From the IMG/VR virus record IMGVR_UViG_3300032221_000516, positions 1 to 60,223 of that record: a DNA stretch of 60,223 bases; one strand, given 5' to 3'. A model generated the notes under the pieces. That model was not told the origin of the DNA. It saw only the letters and a list, made by a program, of their open reading frames with translations, and did not search any database. Shown here in pieces: positions 57,638-60,223 of the stretch (positions are counted from its first letter, which is position 1; every line of letters starts with the position of its first letter). Both the position numbers and the translations under genes were made by a program. This stretch comes from a virus (lineage: Duplodnaviria > Caudoviricetes).

Positions 57638-59163
57638 AATTTTTAAATATAACACCAAATGATCTGTACGGAGCCTCTTATTTTGGCCAAAGCGTAGCAA
57701 TCAATAGTGGAGATATAGCAGTCGTTGGAGCTTATGGACAAGATACTTATGGTAAAGCATACATTTACAAAAAATACTCACAAGAATGGAAATGGCAAAA
57801 AATTCAAGAAATTGCTCCTTTAGATGGATATGGTGGAGATGGTTTTGGTTATTCTGTTGACATTAATTATGAAGGAAATGTTTTAGCGATTTCTGCTCCA
57901 AATTCTAATTCACAAGTTGGAGCAGTTTATATCTATACTGGTAGAGAAGATTCTTGGTCTCAAGTAGAAAAGATTGATGGTGATAATCCTTCTGATTATT
58001 TTGGATGGAACATAGATTTAAACAAATCTGGTAATAAATTAGTTATTGGATCATATAGACCAGTTAATAGTGGTTTTGCTGATCTATATCAAGGCTCTGG
58101 AACTAATTGGAATAAGATAATTAGATTTTGGGATTCTGGTATTGGTCATTCTATAACTGGTGCGTTTTATGGGGCAAAAGTAGCAATAAATACTGGAGAC
58201 TATGTATTTATAAGTGCTTATGGTCGAAATAATATTGGTGCAGTTTATGTATATTCAGAAACAGGAAATTGGAGTCAGTTAAGAATTTTAACTGGACAAT
58301 CTACTGGTAATCTTACAGGTGCTAGTGGTAATCTTGTTTTTGGCCCTGTTGAATTTGGTAAAAGCTTACATATAACAGAAAATGCGAAAAATATTCTAAT
58401 TGGTTCTGTTGGAGAAAATGAACTATCTGGCGCTGTTTATTTATTCAAAAATACAGGTAATAATTCTTGGAATATAGATAATAAATTTACAGGCACAACT
58501 AGTCAATTTGGACAATCAACATTTGTAAATGATAGTGGTAATTTAATTTATGCTTCATCTTTAAACAATAGTGGAACAATTTATAGCTATTTTAATATAG
58601 GTTCTACTTGGTATAAATATTTAACAATAAACAATCTAAATCCAATTTCTGGAAGTTCTTTTGGTAAAAATATAACTTTAAATAAAAATTATGATACTAT
58701 GGTTGTTGGCGATCCTAATTATCAAATAACTAAAGGTAATGCTTATATACTTTCTGCGCCATGGGATAATTTTATAAATTATTATGGAGTAAGCGAATCT
58801 GAAATTTATAATTATTGCGTTTGTAATACTGGATTAAATTGTAGAGATTGTTGTGGTATCACCACTAACTTTTCTATAATTACAGGATATAAAAACAATC
58901 TAAACAATCTCAATTTACAACTTTCTTTAACAATAGAAAACCTTAATTGCACTTCAACAAGTGATATTTATAAATTTTATAATCATTCAAATCCAGTATA
59001 TACAGATATATATCAATTAGGCAATCTTGGTTCAGTTTATAGCGGTAATATATTAATAAAAGATATTAAACCTATTAATAACCTCATAAATCTTGAATGG
59101 AAAGTCTTTAATCTTGGCAAAGAATATAAGCTATATACAGGCTTAAATATCAATAATTATTGA
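57634..59163 (+). CDS. FG-GAP repeat beta-propeller protein
   Basis: Repeated FGxSVxI..G...VGA...GAVYxY units. Confidence 0.8.
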   Translation: MKFLNITPNDLYGASYFGQSVAINSGDIAVVGAYGQDTYGKAYIYKKYSQEWKWQKIQEIAPLDGYGGDGFGYSVDINYEGNVLAISAPNSNSQVGAVYIYTGREDSWSQVEKIDGDNPSDYFGWNIDLNKSGNKLVIGSYRPVNSGFADLYQGSGTNWNKIIRFWDSGIGHSITGAFYGAKVAINTGDYVFISAYGRNNIGAVYVYSETGNWSQLRILTGQSTGNLTGASGNLVFGPVEFGKSLHITENAKNILIGSVGENELSGAVYLFKNTGNNSWNIDNKFTGTTSQFGQSTFVNDSGNLIYASSLNNSGTIYSYFNIGSTWYKYLTINNLNPISGSSFGKNITLNKNYDTMVVGDPNYQITKGNAYILSAPWDNFINYYGVSESEIYNYCVCNTGLNCRDCCGITTNFSIITGYKNNLNNLNLQLSLTIENLNCTSTSDIYKFYNHSNPVYTDIYQLGNLGSVYSGNILIKDIKPINNLINLEWKVFNLGKEYKLYTGLNINNY

Positions 59164-59188
59164 AATTTCTTATATTAGTTAATATAAT
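59160..59188 (+). promoter_or_regulatory. sigma70-like promoter TTGAAA-17-TATAAT, leaderless
   Basis: ATG 59195 is 6 nt after TATAAT. Confidence 0.7.
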
Positions 59189-59194
59189 ATATTA

Positions 59195-59614
59195 ATGCAA
59201 GAAGTATTAAATCAATTCTTAATCCCAGTTGTTCTTGAACTTATAACCGAAGATGTTATCTTTGTTAAAAAATTTAAAGAATTTGCACCTTCTATAGAAG
59301 ATAAAATAGAAAGCTTTTCTAAAAATTCTAACTGTTCTTGTCGTGGAACTATAGTAAGTTATATACAACAAAATCATGAATCTATTAAGAATTTTGTATC
59401 TTATTTCTTGAGTGAAAACCCACAAGTAAAGATAAATTTAGAAGAAATCGTTAAGAAAAATACCAAAAAAGATGTTAGAGGTCAAGTTTTTAGAGTACCA
59501 AAGAATGATAATGCATTTTTTCAATTTTATCAACATATGAAAGCTAATAATTTTGAATTTTCTCAGTTCTCAGTTAGTCAAGAAGGCGATTTTTGGGTTA
59601 TTTTTTTCTTATAA
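59195..59614 (+). CDS. hypothetical protein with NCSC motif
   Basis: 139 aa ORF with its own promoter. Confidence 0.7.
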   Translation: MQEVLNQFLIPVVLELITEDVIFVKKFKEFAPSIEDKIESFSKNSNCSCRGTIVSYIQQNHESIKNFVSYFLSENPQVKINLEEIVKKNTKKDVRGQVFRVPKNDNAFFQFYQHMKANNFEFSQFSVSQEGDFWVIFFL

Positions 59615-59686
59615 AAAAATTTTTAAATTACACTTTATTTAAGTATTTTTTGTTATATATTTTATATTAGTGTAATTATATAAAAT

Positions 59687-60223
59687 ATGAAAGATTTTTT
59701 CTCTATAAACTTAAAAAAGTTTTTTTCAGAGTTAAATACTTTCGTTGGTAATGAACCGAGTTCTAGTTCTTCTAGTTCTTCTTCTTGTACTAATGGTTGT
59801 AATAATGGCCGAAGAGTTAATAGTAGATTTCCATGCCCTTGCATAACTGGTGGTGGTTCAGATTTTAATGCCGATGGTACAAATGTAGAAATTTACGAAA
59901 AATGTAATGGATGTACTCCAGCTGGTACAACTCCAGGAGGATCAAATATAGATAGTTTTAGAGATGCAATAGCAGAGGCATGTAATGATTGCGCTTCCTC
60001 AAGTAGTTCGTCCTCAAGTAGTTCGTCCTCAAGTAGTTCGTCCTCAAGTAGTTCGTCTTCTAGTTCGTCCTCAAGTAGTTCGTCTTCTAGTTCGTCTTCT
60101 AGTTCGTCTTCTAGTTCTTCATCTAGTAATCCAGGTCCACCACCAGGTACACCACCAGGTCCACCACCAGGTCCACCACCTCCACCACCACCACCTCCAC
60201 CACCAGGTCCACCACCACCTCCA
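59687..60223 (+). CDS. 5' part of a Cys/poly-Ser/poly-Pro protein, truncated by the window edge (not in ORF track)
   Basis: ATG 11 nt after GTGTAA; open for 179 codons: MKDFFSINLKKFFSELNTFVGNEPSSSSSSSSSCTNGC...CASSSS...NPGPPPGTPPGPPP. Confidence 0.8.
   Translation, partial: MKDFFSINLKKFFSELNTFVGNEPSSSSSSSSSCTNGCNNGRRVNSRFPCPCITGGGSDFNADGTNVEIYEKCNGCTPAGTTPGGSNIDSFRDAIAEACNDCASSSSSSSSSSSSSSSSSSSSSSSSSSSSSSSSSSSSSSSSSSSSNPGPPPGTPPGPPPGPPPPPPPPPPPGPPPPP
59996..60223 (+). repeat. 15-nt and 12-nt Ser-coding tandem repeats followed by a CCA/CCT Pro-coding tract
   Basis: (tcctcaagtagttcg)n, (tcttctagttcg)n, (ccacca)n. Confidence 0.9.

Noticed and set aside
317-59844. Numerous short antisense or alternate-frame ORFs in the track (e.g. 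317-523, 2533-2916, 7257-7568, 20910-21092, 42574-43491, 59662-59844)
   Set aside because: They are shadows of longer real genes, with atypical composition and no promoter or SD support.
1-60223. tRNA, rRNA, integrase, transposase, tail sheath, introns/inteins
   Set aside because: No recognisable signatures; terminase and capsid genes appear uninterrupted.

Overview
This is a ~60 kb, very AT-rich, densely coding segment of a tailed dsDNA bacteriophage (Caudoviricetes). It is probably a long non-contractile-tailed phage of a diderm host: no sheath gene is seen, and several lipoproteins and spanin-like genes are present. Almost everything is on the + strand. From left to right: a strand-switch boundary; an accessory block (glycosyltransferase-like genes, two papain-fold proteins, membrane proteins, PhoH); a Zn-ribbon + ECF-like sigma factor pair; the packaging module (putative small terminase, ERCC4 nuclease, large terminase, portal); a fibre; a lysis cassette; the head module (protease/scaffold, decoration, major capsid); a second fibre followed by a GT-like gene and an FkbM methyltransferase; neck, tail tube, chaperones and tape measure; and a long run of tail-tip/adhesin genes. 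The most striking unexplained signals are four. (1) A GTGTAA element lies just upstream of about 20 gene starts, mostly giving leaderless or short-leader mRNAs, and is plausibly read by the phage's Cys-insert sigma factor; a stronger subclass (TTCYCAAGRA-N10-ATGTAA) precedes the scaffold/capsid and tail-tube genes. (2) The tape measure protein carries four GxxPNF motifs bracketing an embedded PD-(D/E)xK-like nuclease domain. (3) External virion proteins show extreme [S/T]-G dipeptide enrichment alongside phage glycosyltransferase and methyltransferase genes, a possible virion glycosylation system. (4) A structured non-coding element precedes the head operon. All functional calls were made by eye from motifs and synteny; no database searches were run.
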